This document shows, piece by piece, positions 38,583 through 51,970 of a stretch of DNA of 64,000 bases. This stretch comes from Camelus dromedarius (taxonomy: Eukaryota). A program made the position numbers and the translations under genes. Numbering within the stretch: the stretch's first letter is position 1; each line of letters starts with the position of its first letter. The stretch is taken from NCBI RefSeq assembly GCF_036321535.1, contig NC_087436.1, positions 4,898,001 to 4,962,000 on the forward strand, in the 5' to 3' direction. The notes beneath the pieces are model-generated. The model was not told the DNA's origin, did not search any database, and saw nothing but the letters and a program-made list of their open reading frames with translations.

Positions 38583-39873
38583 AAGAATTAATGCTTCTTT
38601 GATATTTAATTAAAGTTATAACAGGGAGAGTCATTTTTAAGCATCAATTGTTGACTACAGCTTGGTGGAATAGTGACAAATATTAAATATTAAAGCTTTC
38701 CTTCCTAGAGATAGCTACAAGTTTGGAAATACAGTATGACTCTACGTATAAATTCAAATGTACTTGCTTCCAAAGATGTCTCCAAGGAAATCAAACATGC
38801 TTTGACTAGACGGCTTAAGTTATCTTCATGCCAATGTACAAAGATTTCTCATGGACTCCAATCTGATTGGTACCTAAATATTTTATGACTTTGGACTGAC
38901 CACAGTGCTTTAAACCATAATAATTTTTCAGATTACTTTAGTTTTGTTCAGTAACTGAATACTGAATTAATTATCATTTTATTTCTTAAACATCTTTCAT
39001 AAACATCTTAGTTCCCTAAGTGGTTTAAATATAATGTGGAGAGAGAGAGATGAGAGAATTTCCTGTTTCAGGAACGTCTTCAGTTTTTAATGACGAAAAT
39101 TCATGCTGAATCTCTAAACTGATGTTCAGTACTTTAGCAAAACATTATGAACTGATACAAGAAAAAAATGAGCTATGTTTTGGTTTCCCCCCTTTTTCTG
39201 TGCTCTCCTTTAGAGCCCTGGTAACCCTCTGGATAAAAAAGAAGCAAATCATGTATTGTTGGCATTCTATAAATAATTTTTATAATGATTGAAGAACTAT
39301 GAGCCAAATTAAATGTGCCTTCCTGCCAAATACGCAGTTAGCCCTGGAAGCAGTGCCTAGAATCCTTAAAGACGTGTTCTTGTCCACTTTCAAAGTCAAC
39401 TACCCCATTCAATTACATGAAGCGACAGACTGGTAGCTAAGTCAACAGGCACAGTGCATGAGGACAAAGTCAGATTATTTATCCAGAGCTTGCATGTATT
39501 AAACTGGGGTAACTGGAGCCTTGGGAAAACTGTGGACAAAGAACAGATTTGGGGTTAAATTTCCTCTTTGGAGAAGAGCAAATGCCACTGGTGTTAGTTC
39601 TGGCAAATATAATCAAGTTGTGATGTTTATAGTGGATGTGTTCAAGGAAAGATACTGTGCATCAAAGAATAAGTTCTTCACAACATTAAAGATAACCAGA
39701 GAGTGATAATGGTTTTCTTTTTCTGTTCCTGTATGATTAAAATTTCTTCAGCTCTGACTTGCAAGTAATAGATTTTTCCTTAAGGCTCTTTTTCATTCAC
39801 ATTCAGGAGCTCTCCTTGGGCAGATGAACAGTTTCTACGTCTCATTAGCCATCATGTAAATGTGTAAAATCTC

Positions 39874-39896
39874 AAAAAAAAAAAAAAAAAAAAAAA
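39874..39896. repeat. Poly(A)23
   Basis: Homopolymer run. Confidence 0.95.
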
Positions 39897-41156
39897 CAGA
39901 GAAAAGACTTTAGAGAAAAGAGGTGTTTCAGATATGTGAAAATTTATTACAACTATACATTTCAGAGAGATTTTTTGATTTCCTAATTATTTTTCCTTCT
40001 CTGATGGATGAAAAACATCACCATTACAGAACATGTAAGACACACCCCCATTTGTCCCCCCAGCCCCTTGTGGGATAGACACAGTTGAGAAAAAGACACA
40101 CTTGTGCTGGACCAGATAAATGATTTCCTTCACATTCGTTTTCCAGTGTAATTTTACTCCCCTTTGGTAGTCAAGCATATTTATTGCATTTAGTAATTTA
40201 CACATAAATAATCCTTTAAGACAAATGCAGTTTTATTTTATTACAAATAGACATTTTAGTCTCAGTTTATTATAATGTACAGACTTAAGCAACTCCATGA
40301 TGTTACAAACTAAGAACAGACTGTTCTCCTTTTCCCTTTTTATATTTGTGAAGGTGTTAATACACACCTCCTGAGCTCAGGTGGGGACAAGCCCATCTTT
40401 GTTTTCTGTCTCAGTTACTCTCCATGTATAAATAAATTCGTATGACCTCACACTACTCCATGCTCCCCTTCAGACCAAAAATACACTGTGCTTTGGATAC
40501 TTCATTCTGCACTAATTTTTTAGAAATATATTTTGTTCATTGTCGCTTATCCATCAAATTTAGGTCAGATCTCCTAGCTGAAGCACAGAACTCAAGTACC
40601 ACTGCTAATGTTCAGGACATAATATTGGAGAACACGGGTAGTTTAGGCAAAAGCTCATGAATTTTTCTGAAAAACATCTTAATTCTCTGACTTATTTGGC
40701 CTTGGAAGACACGACCTAGGAGCTATCATTAAACTCTGTGGAGGAGTGACTATTTTCTTGCAGGACAGGCTTAAATAATTTAGTCAGGGAAAAAACCCAC
40801 AAAAAAAGCCTCTGTTTTGGTAAACATTACAAGGAGATGTCCCCAGAGTGTATAAAGTGTAAAAAGCACAGGAGTCTGTTTTGAAACACTCATCAATTTT
40901 AGCACCAAGGAAAATAAATAAATAAAAAGTACAGCTCTAAGATAGAAACATGGTTATATTAGTGATTTAAGCATCACTTATTTCAAATAGCAAGTCTGTT
41001 TACTATTTTATTTGTCTATTCATAGTTTTGGACTGATCTCGGTAACCATGTTTCTATCTTAGAGCTATACTTTTTGGTTATTTATTTTCCTTGGCACTAA
41101 CATTGGTAATTGTTTCAAAATAGACTCTTCTGTGCTTTTCATACCTTTTACACTTT

Positions 41157-41787
41157 TGCAAATCAAAACTATAGTGACATACTACCTCCCACCAGTCAGA
41201 ATGGCCATCATAAAAATGTCCACAAACAATAAATGCTGGAGAAGGTGTGGAGAAAAAGGACCCCTCTTACACTGTTGGTGGGAGTCTAGTTTGGTGCAGC
41301 CACTATGGAAAACAGTATGAAGATTCCTTAAAAAACCAAAAATAGACTTACCATATGATCCAGCAATCCCACTCCTGGGCATATATCCAGAGGAAAATAT
41401 AATTCAAAAAGATACATGCACCCCAGTGTTCATAGCTGCACTGTTTGCAATAGCCAAGCCATGGAAGCAACCTAAATGTCCATCGACAGATGACTGGATA
41501 AAGAAGTTGTGGTATACAATGGAATGCTACTCAGCCATAAAAAAGAATAAAATAATGTCATCTGCAGCAACATGGATGTACCTGGAGATCATCATTCTAA
41601 GTGAAATAAGCCAGACAGAGTAACAAAAATACCGTATGATATCACTTTATGTGGAATCTAAAAAAAAAAGGACACAAACGAACTTATCCACAAAACAGAA
41701 TCAGACTCACAGACGTGGAAGATAAACTTATGGCTACCAGGGGAAGTGTGGGAGTGGCAAGGCATAAATTAGGAATTTAAAATTTGC
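41157..41787 (+). mobile_element. L1 ORF2 C-terminus and part of the 3' UTR (lineage-specific type)
   Basis: Encodes [16 protein letters not shown]...[19 protein letters not shown] and [30 protein letters not shown]. Confidence 0.95.
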
Positions 41788-41789
41788 AC

Positions 41790-41951
41790 CTCTTGGGGAG
41801 TGATGGAAATGCTAGTGGCTATCTTGATTGTGGTGGTGGTTTCATGGGTGTAGACATCTATCAAAATTCATCAAATTCTACACCTGAAATATGTGTAGTT
41901 TACTGTATAGAAATTATACCATAATACAGATTCCTAAAAATAAAATAAAAA
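41790..41951 (+). mobile_element. Ancient L1M-type 3' terminus
   Basis: 'tggggagtgatggaaatg...tatcttgattgtggtggtggtttcatgggtgta...tcaaaattcatcaaatt...aaatatgtgtagtttactgta'. Confidence 0.8.
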
Positions 41952-42317
41952 TGAGTTATGATGTACAAAAAAATCTTGCTTTTTGTTTTTTAAGAAATTT
42001 AAATGAATAAATTTAATTAAAATGAATTCAAATTTTGAGTATTAAATGTGGACAGCAATAGTGGTTAAACAACAGTAACAATATGTTTTTCTTATTTCCC
42101 AATTTAAAATGTTCTACCAAATTATTAATTACCTCGTTACGTTACCTCAATTATTAATTCTGGCCTCTGACATTCTCATTCATTTAACACCTCTTATAAG
42201 ATGTTTTATATGGTGAGTTATCTTCGTGTTTTGTCACTGGTTTGTGAATGTTTTGAGATTAGAAACATCTCACTTATTGTTTGACCTCTAACACCCAGCA
42301 GAAAATTTCGTATTTCT

Positions 42318-42410
42318 CAGGAACAGGCAAAGTGTGACCTGTGGGCCAACTCTGGACCCTGCTGTTTCTGTGATGTTTTACTGAAACAAAGCCACACCCT
42401 TTATTTGTAA
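42318..42410 (-). mobile_element. MER58-like MITE fragment
   Basis: 'caggaacaggcaaa...cctgtgggccaactctgg...gttttactgaaacaaagccacaccc' is the reverse complement of the MER58A right end. Confidence 0.65.
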
Positions 42411-44008
42411 GGACCGGCCAACTTGGGGGCTCGGGTAGTAATGATACCTGTTATATAAAATGTGACGTTGTGTAAGTGCAGAAGAAAAGCTAAAACAACA
42501 GAATGTAACCATCCTCTGATTTCTCTCAGAAATACCAGTAGAGAAAAACACCTTTCACATGTGAAAGGGGATTTTGGGAGCCTGTCAACCTTCTTAAAGA
42601 CCCAGAGGCATTATTTGCGGAGCATTTCTCTACTGTCAATATAGTCATTTATTCATGTGAGACTAATGGTCTGTGATATTAATGAAAATCTTTGGCAGAG
42701 AATTAAGGGAAAGGGATTGTGAGAATTCTGTCCAGAAAGCTGGAAGGATGCCCAGTACCACGATGCTAAAACATGGGGAAAGACTTGAGTGTGTCTCTGG
42801 GAGATCCTGCCTGGTTGGGTTATGGACCAACCTGGACATCAAGTCAGGACAACGCAAACTTAAAAAGAATGAGTGTTACTGTGATCCTCTAAGTCAACAG
42901 GAAAAAATTAGTCCTCATAATTAATGAGCTGTCTAAGTTATTTTTAACCAAGGAAAGATTAGAGCAACCCAGAGTAATAAATCTATGGCATAGATGCCTC
43001 CAAATTTGATTTACTTTCCCAAGGAAGCTTAGGATAAAAAGAAAAAAGATGTGAGCAACATTAAAATATTCAGTCGACATCTTTGCTCCTCTGTTTGCTT
43101 GTTTATTTTTTAGCATTACATGTTGACATTAAATGCATAAGAAAGACTTTACTCCACACATGTATACAAAAAGTCATATGTCATAGTAATCTAGAGGAAA
43201 GTGGAGTTTATTATTTTTCTTGTTCTTTAGGATTTTTCCTGTATTTCAGTGAGCTTCTGGAAAACTTCCCAGCAGTGATATTAACATGAAAATGTGGCAA
43301 GGAAAAAGAATAAAAAGACTAGTAAATATTTGCTGTGCAGTGACATGAAAAGATGGAGTCTGAATTTTTGTTTTCTAAACTTTGAGAGAAACAAGCACAC
43401 TTATCGACCTCCCATGCTTGAAATAGCATGAGCCTAATTTTAGTCCTGGGTCAGACAGCGGATTGGATGAGACACACAGAGGAGATACCTTAGAGTCTCC
43501 GAGAATTGGCCCAGGGCTGGGGAGGGTGCAGAGCTTAAGTGAGAAAGGGGGCACACAAAATGGCTTGGAGGGGTGTTTTTTCTCTGCCCCCGGAAGAGAG
43601 GTTTGCGTGTTTTTCCTGTTTTTATAACACTCTAAGAGAAAATAAAATGATGGTAGTTCCAAGGAGGCCGATGGGAGGACCCTCCTGTTACGATTCAGTG
43701 GGGAGAGGACACACCAGATACGGGGGAGGCAGCAAGTAAGGGGTTTCAGCTGTGACCATTGTCTTGAAAATGATTAAGAAGCAAGGTGCTGCCCCAAAGC
43801 AATGGAAGAACCCGCTGGGCCCGAGAGTTCTCCAAAACTCCTTTACAGACTTCCAGTAAGCTGAATAATATTTAAGAGACACGTATTTTGCAGGAGTTTT
43901 GATTTTTTTCAGACAATGCACAGATGTAATGTTCTCTTGTGCAGAAAGGCTTTCTATACTGTATTTTCCCACACTTAAAATGGGGAGCACCAGGCTCTTG
44001 GGTAAGAG

Positions 44009-44012
<4 letters not shown>

Positions 44013-44059
<47 letters not shown>
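44013..44059. repeat. (TA)n microsatellite
   Basis: About 19 pure TA units followed by one interruption. Confidence 0.95.
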
Positions 44060-44180
44060 TTGCACCCTTAAAACTGCAGAGCTAAAATAAAAAATTTTAA
44101 GCCCTAGGGTTAAATTTAGGAATATTAGTCTATTTATGGAGTAAATAATATTTATGCTTAGAAATAATTTACCTTGTTAG

Positions 44181-44978
44181 TTCTTTGTTTACTTTGGATA
44201 CACTCCCAGAAGTGAAATTAATTGCTGGATCATACGGTGGTTTTATTTTTAATTTCCTGAGGAGGCTCCATACTGTTTTCCACAGTGATTTTACCAATTT
44301 ACATTGCCATCAACAGTGCAGGAGGTTCCCCTTTCTCCACGCCCTCCCCAACACTTGTTTGTAGACTTTTTGATGACGGCCATTGTGACAGGTGTGTGGT
44401 GGTATCCCGTGATAGTTTTGATCTGCATTTCTCAGATGATCAGTGATGTTGAACATCTTTTCATGTACCTGTTGGACATCTCTATGCCTCTTTGGAAGAA
44501 TATCTATTCAGGTCTTCTGCCCACTTTTTAATTGGACCGTTTATTTTTCAGATATTGAACTGTATGGGTTCTTTATGTATTTTGGATATTAACCTCTTAT
44601 CAAATATACTTTGCAAATATCTTTGCTCATAAGTAGGCTTTTAAAAATGTTGCTGATGGTTTTCTTCATTGTGTGAAAGATTTTTAATTTGACATAGTCC
44701 TAATGGTTTATTTTTGCATTTATTACCCTTGCTTGAGAAGACAGATTCCTCCCAAAATATTGCTAGGAATGATGTCAGAGAGCTTACTGCTTATGTTCTC
44801 TTCTAGGGATTGTATGGTTTTGGTCTTACATTTGAGTCTTTAATTGTTCATTTTGAGTATTTTTTGTTAATGGTGTAATAGATTGGTTTAGTTTCTTTTT
44901 TTTTTTTTTTTTGGCATTTAGCCATCCAGTTTTCCCAATACAATTTATTGAAGAGACTTTTTCTCCACTGCATATTTA
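44181..44978 (-). mobile_element. L1 ORF2 3' half fragment
   Basis: 'attgctggatcatacgg...ctccatactgttttccacagtg...atctgcatttctcagatgatcagtgatgttgaacatcttttcatgtacctgttgg...ccagttttcccaatacaatttattgaagagact'. Confidence 0.92.
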
Positions 44979-45224
44979 GTTATATATACAATTGACCTAT
45001 TTAATATGTACAATTCAGTGGTTTTTAGTATATTCAAATATGTCATTTTAGGCAATTTTTGCATATGTTAATTACATACACAGGGATATAAGGCATAGAC
45101 TTAAACATAGCCTACTGTCATTGGTGACATCAGTCATTACATGGAAGGTACAATTTTGTTTTTTTGGGCAGCTATTTTGGTAAATGATTCTCTTTTTAAC
45201 TTCTTGACAATTTTTGAGTATAGC

Positions 45225-45420
45225 TTTTTTGAAAACTGAAGTATAGTTTATAATTTTGTGTTAGTTTCTGGTGTGCATTATAGTGATTCAGTCATATATA
45301 TATATACACACAATCGTTTTCACATTATTTTCCATTATAGGCTATTATAAGATACTGAATATAGTTCCCTGCATTGTGCAGTAGGTCCTTATTGTTTATC
45401 TCTTTTACATGTAGTAGTTT
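45225..45420 (-). mobile_element. Short L1 3' end
   Basis: T-tract followed by 'actgaagtatagtt...gtgttagtttctggtgtgca...gatactgaatatagttccctg'. Confidence 0.9.
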
Positions 45421-46530
45421 GTACAATTTTCGTTTTGATTTTTGTGTACACAGTGCATGCTAATAATACATAAAACAACATGTCTAGACTTGTCCAAAAA
45501 TGCATTGTTACTTTTATGAAGAGAATAGAAGGAAAATTGTGTATTTAAGTTCAAATAGCCAAGTCAACACTCGGTTCTTATATGTGTAGCCAACTAAACT
45601 AAATAATCACTCAATGAGACGTTGAAATGTTCTTTCACTGTTCATAGAGGTGTCATTCACAAAGTAGAAGTGGGTATTAGAGTAGTCAGAAGAAAAATAG
45701 TTTTTACTGGGACTAAATTTATCCCCATACAGTAGATCAAGCTGAGAAGTTTATATTGTCAGGTTGTTAGTACAAAAAGGTCATAACATTCTGAGAAAAT
45801 GAACAACCGAAAAGAAAACAAAATATAAAGTGAGGAAAGTGATCTGTTATTTAAAAGGTGTAGTAAATGGGTCTTAAAGTTACCTAGACTACATGCAACG
45901 GAATTTGAACCCGTGGGATTAAATTATAAAATAATCAGGTAAAAAGTATAACTCACTTTTTACAATGGTATGCAGTGTCCAAAGGATGTATTTTCACTTT
46001 AGAAGTTCTAGGGCTAATATTTAAATTAAAAAAATGTGTGTAATTGGGAAAGTTAAAGACAAGAATTGAAAAAATATATATCAGAAGAGAGCTAATCTAG
46101 GAATATTTAGTAAAATTAACAAAATGAATCACATCATAACTGTTGAGTTTATATATTTCAAGACTTCATTTTTAAGTAAACGAATAATGATAACATTTAA
46201 AGTCCTAGTAATTTTTTTAAAGCTTGAAAGTTATTATGGACACAAAAAGAAATTCAAAATGAAGTTTTAATATATAATTAAGAGATGAGTTTCAGATTTT
46301 TTTCCTCTCTTAAATACTTAATCAGTTTTTAAAGATATTATAATAATGAGATATTTTACATGTTTCAATATTTCAACATTTCAAATGTAATAAAATGGGT
46401 AACTTGGATTGTCAGTAAGATGAAAAATTCTCACTACCAAAAGAACATTTATTTTGTATAGAATTTCAATTTTCTACTTAAACATGATTTTGTGTTTGGA
46501 AGGAATTCATAGAGCAAAGAGTTGGATGGA

Positions 46531-46602
46531 GAGAAAGATAGAAAGATAGATAGACAGGCAGGCAGGCAGACAGATGGACAGATAAAGATATAGATATATA
46601 GA
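46531..46602. repeat. Compound (GATA)/(GGCA)/(GACA) simple repeat
   Basis: 'gaaagatagaaagatagatagacaggcaggcaggcagacagatggacagata...'. Confidence 0.8.
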
Positions 46603-47072
46603 TACTGGGATGTGTTAAATAATTGTCTTCTCTCAAAATATGATCACAATGATTTCTGGACAGTCATTTATAAGATTTCTACGACCACTCGAGCATTTCA
46701 GCCTACCATTCCACATAATCAAAGTCAAATTCTGCTGTTACAAAGTTCATTTAAAATACATAAAAATGATAAATGACTTCCATTAGTCCAGCATTTTGCT
46801 GCCCTTGGTAGGTGCATCACAGCCCATAGAAGTGGATTTTCTCATTCATAATATCTGGAAAAGCAATGCATCCATAATTGTAGAAAATGTTAATATATAA
46901 TACATATTAAAAAGAATTTAAAGTCTTCTTTAACTTTTAAATATTGGTATATTTTCTTCTAGTCTGCTCTTTGTGCAAATTTCATGTAACAGACATAAGT
47001 TACCACATCTGAATTTTCAAATAAGCAATATTCATAAAAGAAACGAGAGATACAACATTAAATTCCTGCTCC

Positions 47073-47345
47073 TAAATAGATAAACAAAGACTTACCGTAT
47101 AGCACAGGAAACAGTATTCAATATCTAGTGATAACTTACAATGGGAAAGAGTCTGGTAAATAATATATATGTGTGTGTGTGTATATATATATACAAATGT
47201 GTATATATATATACACACATATATATACACAAATGTGTGTATATATATATATATACATATATATGTAACTAAATCATTTTGCTGTACACCTGAAACATTG
47301 TAAATCAACTATACATCAATAAAAAAAAATTAAAAAGCAGACAAA
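47073..47345 (+). mobile_element. Short L1 3' end with expanded (TA)/(TG)/(CA) tract
   Basis: 'aaatagataaacaaag...gtatagcacagg...gctgtacacctgaaacattgtaaatcaactatacatcaataaaaa'. Compound dinucleotide repeat at 47163-47264. Confidence 0.9.
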
Positions 47346-47720
47346 AAGTTTCTACTCCATAGACTGTATGAATCAAAGGCACAGAGAATGCAAGACTATA
47401 AAGATGATTTTACAGTTCACATCTTCTATTATAATCCTTAATCTTCCTTTATATCTCTTCCCTTTATCGCTCTCCCACCCATCAACCTCTTTTTACCACG
47501 CTCTTTCCTTGATCTCTTGAGATATTCCTTAATTTGTGTTTACTATTATTTATCTACAATGCTTTATTATGCACTCATCAGACCATCACTGTGTGTGTGT
47601 GTTTAATCGGCCCCAGTGACTGATTCATTCACATATTCACAGTTATTATCACATGAAAATCATTTTTATTTAAAATTTTCACAGAAAAAATAGTTGAATC
47701 AAACAATCTTTAAAAAGAAA

Positions 47721-47781
47721 TTGTACACCAGAAATTGACACATTGTAACTGACTATACTTCATTAAAAAAAAGAAAGAAAA
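47721..47781 (+). mobile_element. Very short L1 3' terminus
   Basis: 'tgtacaccagaaattgacacattgtaactgactatacttcattaaaaaaaa'. Confidence 0.85.
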
Positions 47782-49825
47782 GCAATCAGACTCTGGTCTA
47801 TAATATAGAAGTTATGTGAGAATAATGATTTTCTGCTTAATTACGGTGTGTGGGATCTTCAGAAGGAATACATTCATGTATTAGTTTCCAGAACTTTCCA
47901 CTCTGCTTTTTGGACCAAAAATTTCATATATTCTCTTTGAACATCAAAATGGTCAGCTGCTTGGTAATTTGCACTGCATGTAAGCTCTCCAGCAAATCAT
48001 TCCATCGCCTTTGTATAGCTGTTAAAGCAAGTATGAAGCAGTGATAAATCCTTGTGGGAAGTGTTATAAAAGTCCTCTGTACAGAAAAATAAATATCCAC
48101 TCATCTGAAGTATCCACTTACACCTAAGAGAAATCCAATTTCTTCGTCCAAGTGTGAAGTTCTTCGCAAGATAGCGTTTCTCAATACTTTGGTTTCTCAG
48201 CACATCTTTGCTCGTCCGACCACAGTGGTTCCCCTTCTGGGCCTCTTCTAGTTCTGAGTCACTTTAATATTTAAGAGCAAAAAGCAGATTTGGTTCCCGG
48301 AGAAAGGAATCATGTCTTAAGAATGGAAAAACACAAGATGGTTTTCATCCCTTTTCCTTTTTCTGTTTCACTAAACACGTTTGGGTCTTGCTCTCTATCA
48401 CCATAGAATCCTCATCCTTGACAACTTCATCTATACCTGATAAATTTACCCCAAAGTCAAGATGCTCCCTGTTCCCTCACCTGTTTTTCCCTGGGACCTT
48501 AACCTTCATAACACACGAGCCGCTCTACACCGTATGTCTTGTCACCACCCAGAAATGTGAGCTTTCCAAAAGATTAACTTCAAACTTATTATAATCTGAC
48601 CATGTATGTCAACCCTCAGTCATACCGACAGTCTCTGAGATGTGACCTCCTAGGGACCAGCTGTGATCTTTCTGCTTTTCATCTCTTTCTCCTCCTTTTA
48701 CATGCAGTTCTCTGTCTCCCAGCTCTAATTTCATTGTACAATGTTTTTTTCCTCTTGGTATTATTCTCAAACCCATTTTTCCTTTACCTTACCATTGAGC
48801 TGCTTAGGAAACTTCTAATTTTGGATGAATCAAGTTATCTGATTTATCTCCATCTGTTTTTGTTAGTGCCACCCTAACTTCATGGTCTCTAGTTGACCTT
48901 CAACAGCAAGGTCCACTCACACTCTTAACACAGTCAACTCTCCATAGAGTTCTCTAAGCAGTTGGTGTGAATTTCCTCTACTTTCCTCTAAACTTTTAAA
49001 CCTTGTTGTATATTTACCTGCATTTATCCTTTCTTTCCCCATGGCTACCACGGAATGCAAGTCTTTCTTTTTTCTAAGGCAAAATCTCTCAGTTGTGTTT
49101 TGGAACTCAGCCTTTCATGCTCACTCAGAAAGATCATTCCATTAGTTATTGCCTCTCGTATTTAACTCAAGATTTCACTGACCTTAATTTATCTTCAGAG
49201 AAAAATAACACCACAAATGCATCTTTTTATTTATTTCCCTGATACAGTAAATAGATTATTTTTAAATTCAAAACATGTCATTGATTAATCCACGCCGAAC
49301 ATTTTAATTCTAGAAACAGAAGGTCGATAAAGAAACTGCACCGACCAATTTAAAATACACTCCTATTTTGTCTTTCCAATATCTTCAGGACTCTTTTCTT
49401 CTTATCTTATGTCAGAGAAACAATAAACATATTTTAAAACGGAAAAGTCTTAAGAGGACTCTAAACAAAACTGTTTTCATGAAGACTGAAGCTAATACTG
49501 CAGTATCTTAAAGAATCTACTTCTCACTCGGAACATTGTTTTTAATGCCCAAGGGCTGTTCTAAGAAAAATTGCTTTTTGAAGTAGCCTTTACATGATAT
49601 TGTGATACTGGTGACAAAGTGGCTTGGACATATTTGAAAATAAACAGAAAATAAAACCATGTGATGCATTTGTTTGGACAGTATGCCACCTAAAATTCGT
49701 GTACTCCTAGTTTTTATGGGTCACACATCTAACTTTCCCTTTATAACAATTTGCTTTTTTTCCTACCACTTGTTTTACTGTGGAGGAATGCCTATTTCTT
49801 TGGAAAGTTCAGGTCATTTTAGTTC

Positions 49826-49850
49826 TTTTTTTTTTTTTTTTTTTTTTTTT
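49826..49850. repeat. Poly(T)25
   Basis: Homopolymer run. Confidence 0.95.
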
Positions 49851-51687
49851 CAGATGAAAAGAGAGCAACGCGGTTGAAATCAAGCATTGTCAGTGTTACG
49901 TGGGGCAGGTACAACATATGAACACAGCCTTCTGGCTGGCTTATCTTCTGCATTACTTTGAGCATTCCTACTTGAGTTTAAATGAAATATTTTGTGAGAA
50001 AAGAGGAACGGTTTCTCCATTGATGGAACGAGCATGAAGCTTTTCTCCCAGAATCTGAATAAAACATGAGCTCACTGAAAAGTAAACCTAAAGCACTTAA
50101 TAGCTTGGAAGCTTTTAGTGGATTATGGCTTGATTTATTGATGACTTGTATAAAGACATGAACAGGAAAACACAGCTTTTAAGTTAAGGTTTTAAATGCT
50201 GTCATTATTTGTACATGAAGGACAAACTTCCTGTTTGCTCCCTTAGGAGAGGGCAGCAGGGAGACACTGGGTGGGGGGAGGTGCGGAGGAGGGAAGCCGC
50301 CTTCATTCTTCGAATACACTCTGAATCCTTAAGGGTTTACAGTGTGCAATGTCCATGTGTAAACCTTCGAGAGAGAATGAACATGCACTAGAGGAGAATC
50401 TTCTGTTTCCAACAGAAAGATATAAAAGCCACACATACGAGAGCAAGGAAATATTAGCCAGTAAAAACCCAGGCTGTGGCTTTTACGAAGGATGTTCAAT
50501 AGTACCAGGACAGGAATGGATCATACAGCGAGCTTTTCTTCTGTAATGGAGGCTCTGTGACATTCTCACTATCCAGAAGTAATTTCTTTACATTTAGGAC
50601 AGTCCATCTGCTCTTGTGCAGAAGGACCTAGGGTACCAACAACTCACAGACAATGGTAGGTATTTCTGCAGGGTGCACAGATTTTTCGATGTCCACAGGG
50701 CGCAATGAAATACTACATAGCTACTTGCAGATGAAAAACTTGGTGCATTTGTGCTCTAGTGAATCAGATTATTCATCCACTCAAAAAAGATTGTGTAGAC
50801 TTCAGCCAAAAATTCTCTGCCGATTTTATCAGCACTGATGTAAGTGGATTGTCTGTCATGGAACACGTGACGGCGTGTTTTTGAGGAAAGAAAGTTGGAT
50901 GTAGACATTGATAGTCATGGCAGATACAAGTCATCTGAAAAGAAAAATCAGAATTCAAAGACCTATCATTGGAAAAACAGCTGAAGATAATACTATTATA
51001 TGAGCGAGAAACATTAATGGTAAGAATTATATAATGATCAACATAACAGCCCTGGAAGCCTAGATACTGCAGCGGGAAATCAGGTACTGAGACGTCAGAC
51101 ATGTTTAGAAGGCTGGGCGGGAGGACAACCTGGTGGGATGTTCCAGCTCGGGGAGGTGGGGGAGAGGGCAGGGATCTTACAGAGTAATAGCAGACGGCGT
51201 CAGCTGAACTTCAGCCACTTTGGGAATATTTACTCAAAAATGGTCTCTTAAAATTCTCTTACAGCTTAACGACCATTTGTTGGTGATTTGGGTTTAGCAG
51301 GAAGGGAGGGGAGGGACCCACGGGGGAGATGAGATCATGGGAGAGCAACAGTGGGACGTTTTCAGGTCCTCAGTTTCTTTACAACGTCCTATTACAACGT
51401 TTCTGTCTTTACGGCCTTACCCTCTGTCTTGACCTCAAACCCTATGCCTTCTGTATGTCTCCTTCCTCAATCTTATCCATCCTCACCTCCCTTCCTTCTC
51501 AAACTCCCCCTAAAGTAACAAATGCACCAATCTGACCAACGTTTGAAGTCCGGCTTGGGTGCTTTGTGGGAGACCACTGGAAAAGTCCGTCGATTAAGAC
51601 CCTTTTCTTCGCTAACGTGACACATTGCTGAAGTTTGGGAAAAAATGACAGAACTCTGTGAATGTAGATTATTTAAAATATCCAGTT

Positions 51688-51970
51688 CCTTCCAGTTACA
51701 AAATAAAAAAGTCCTGGAGATGTGATGGACAGCATGGTGACTAGAGTTAATAATTTTCTATTTTCTATTTGAAAGTTGTTATGACAGTAGATCTTAAAAG
51801 CTCTCGTCACAAGATAAAAATGGTAACTGTGTCTGGTGATGCGTGTTTGCTACTGTGGAGATCATTTTGCAACTGACACAAATATCAAATCGTTATGTTG
51901 TGCACCTGAACCTCATATAATGTTACATGTCAATTATCTCTCAATAAAAAAGAATAAAAAGAAAATAAAA
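51688..51970 (+). mobile_element. L1MA-type 3' terminus
   Basis: 'cagcatggtgactagagttaataat...gtagatcttaaaagctctcgtcacaa...acaaatatcaaatc...gttgtgcacctgaa...atgtcaattatctctcaataaaa'. Confidence 0.88.

Noticed and set aside
49826..49910. Poly(T)25-CAG as a splice acceptor
   Set aside because: A homopolymer mimics a pyrimidine tract, and the downstream donor is weak.
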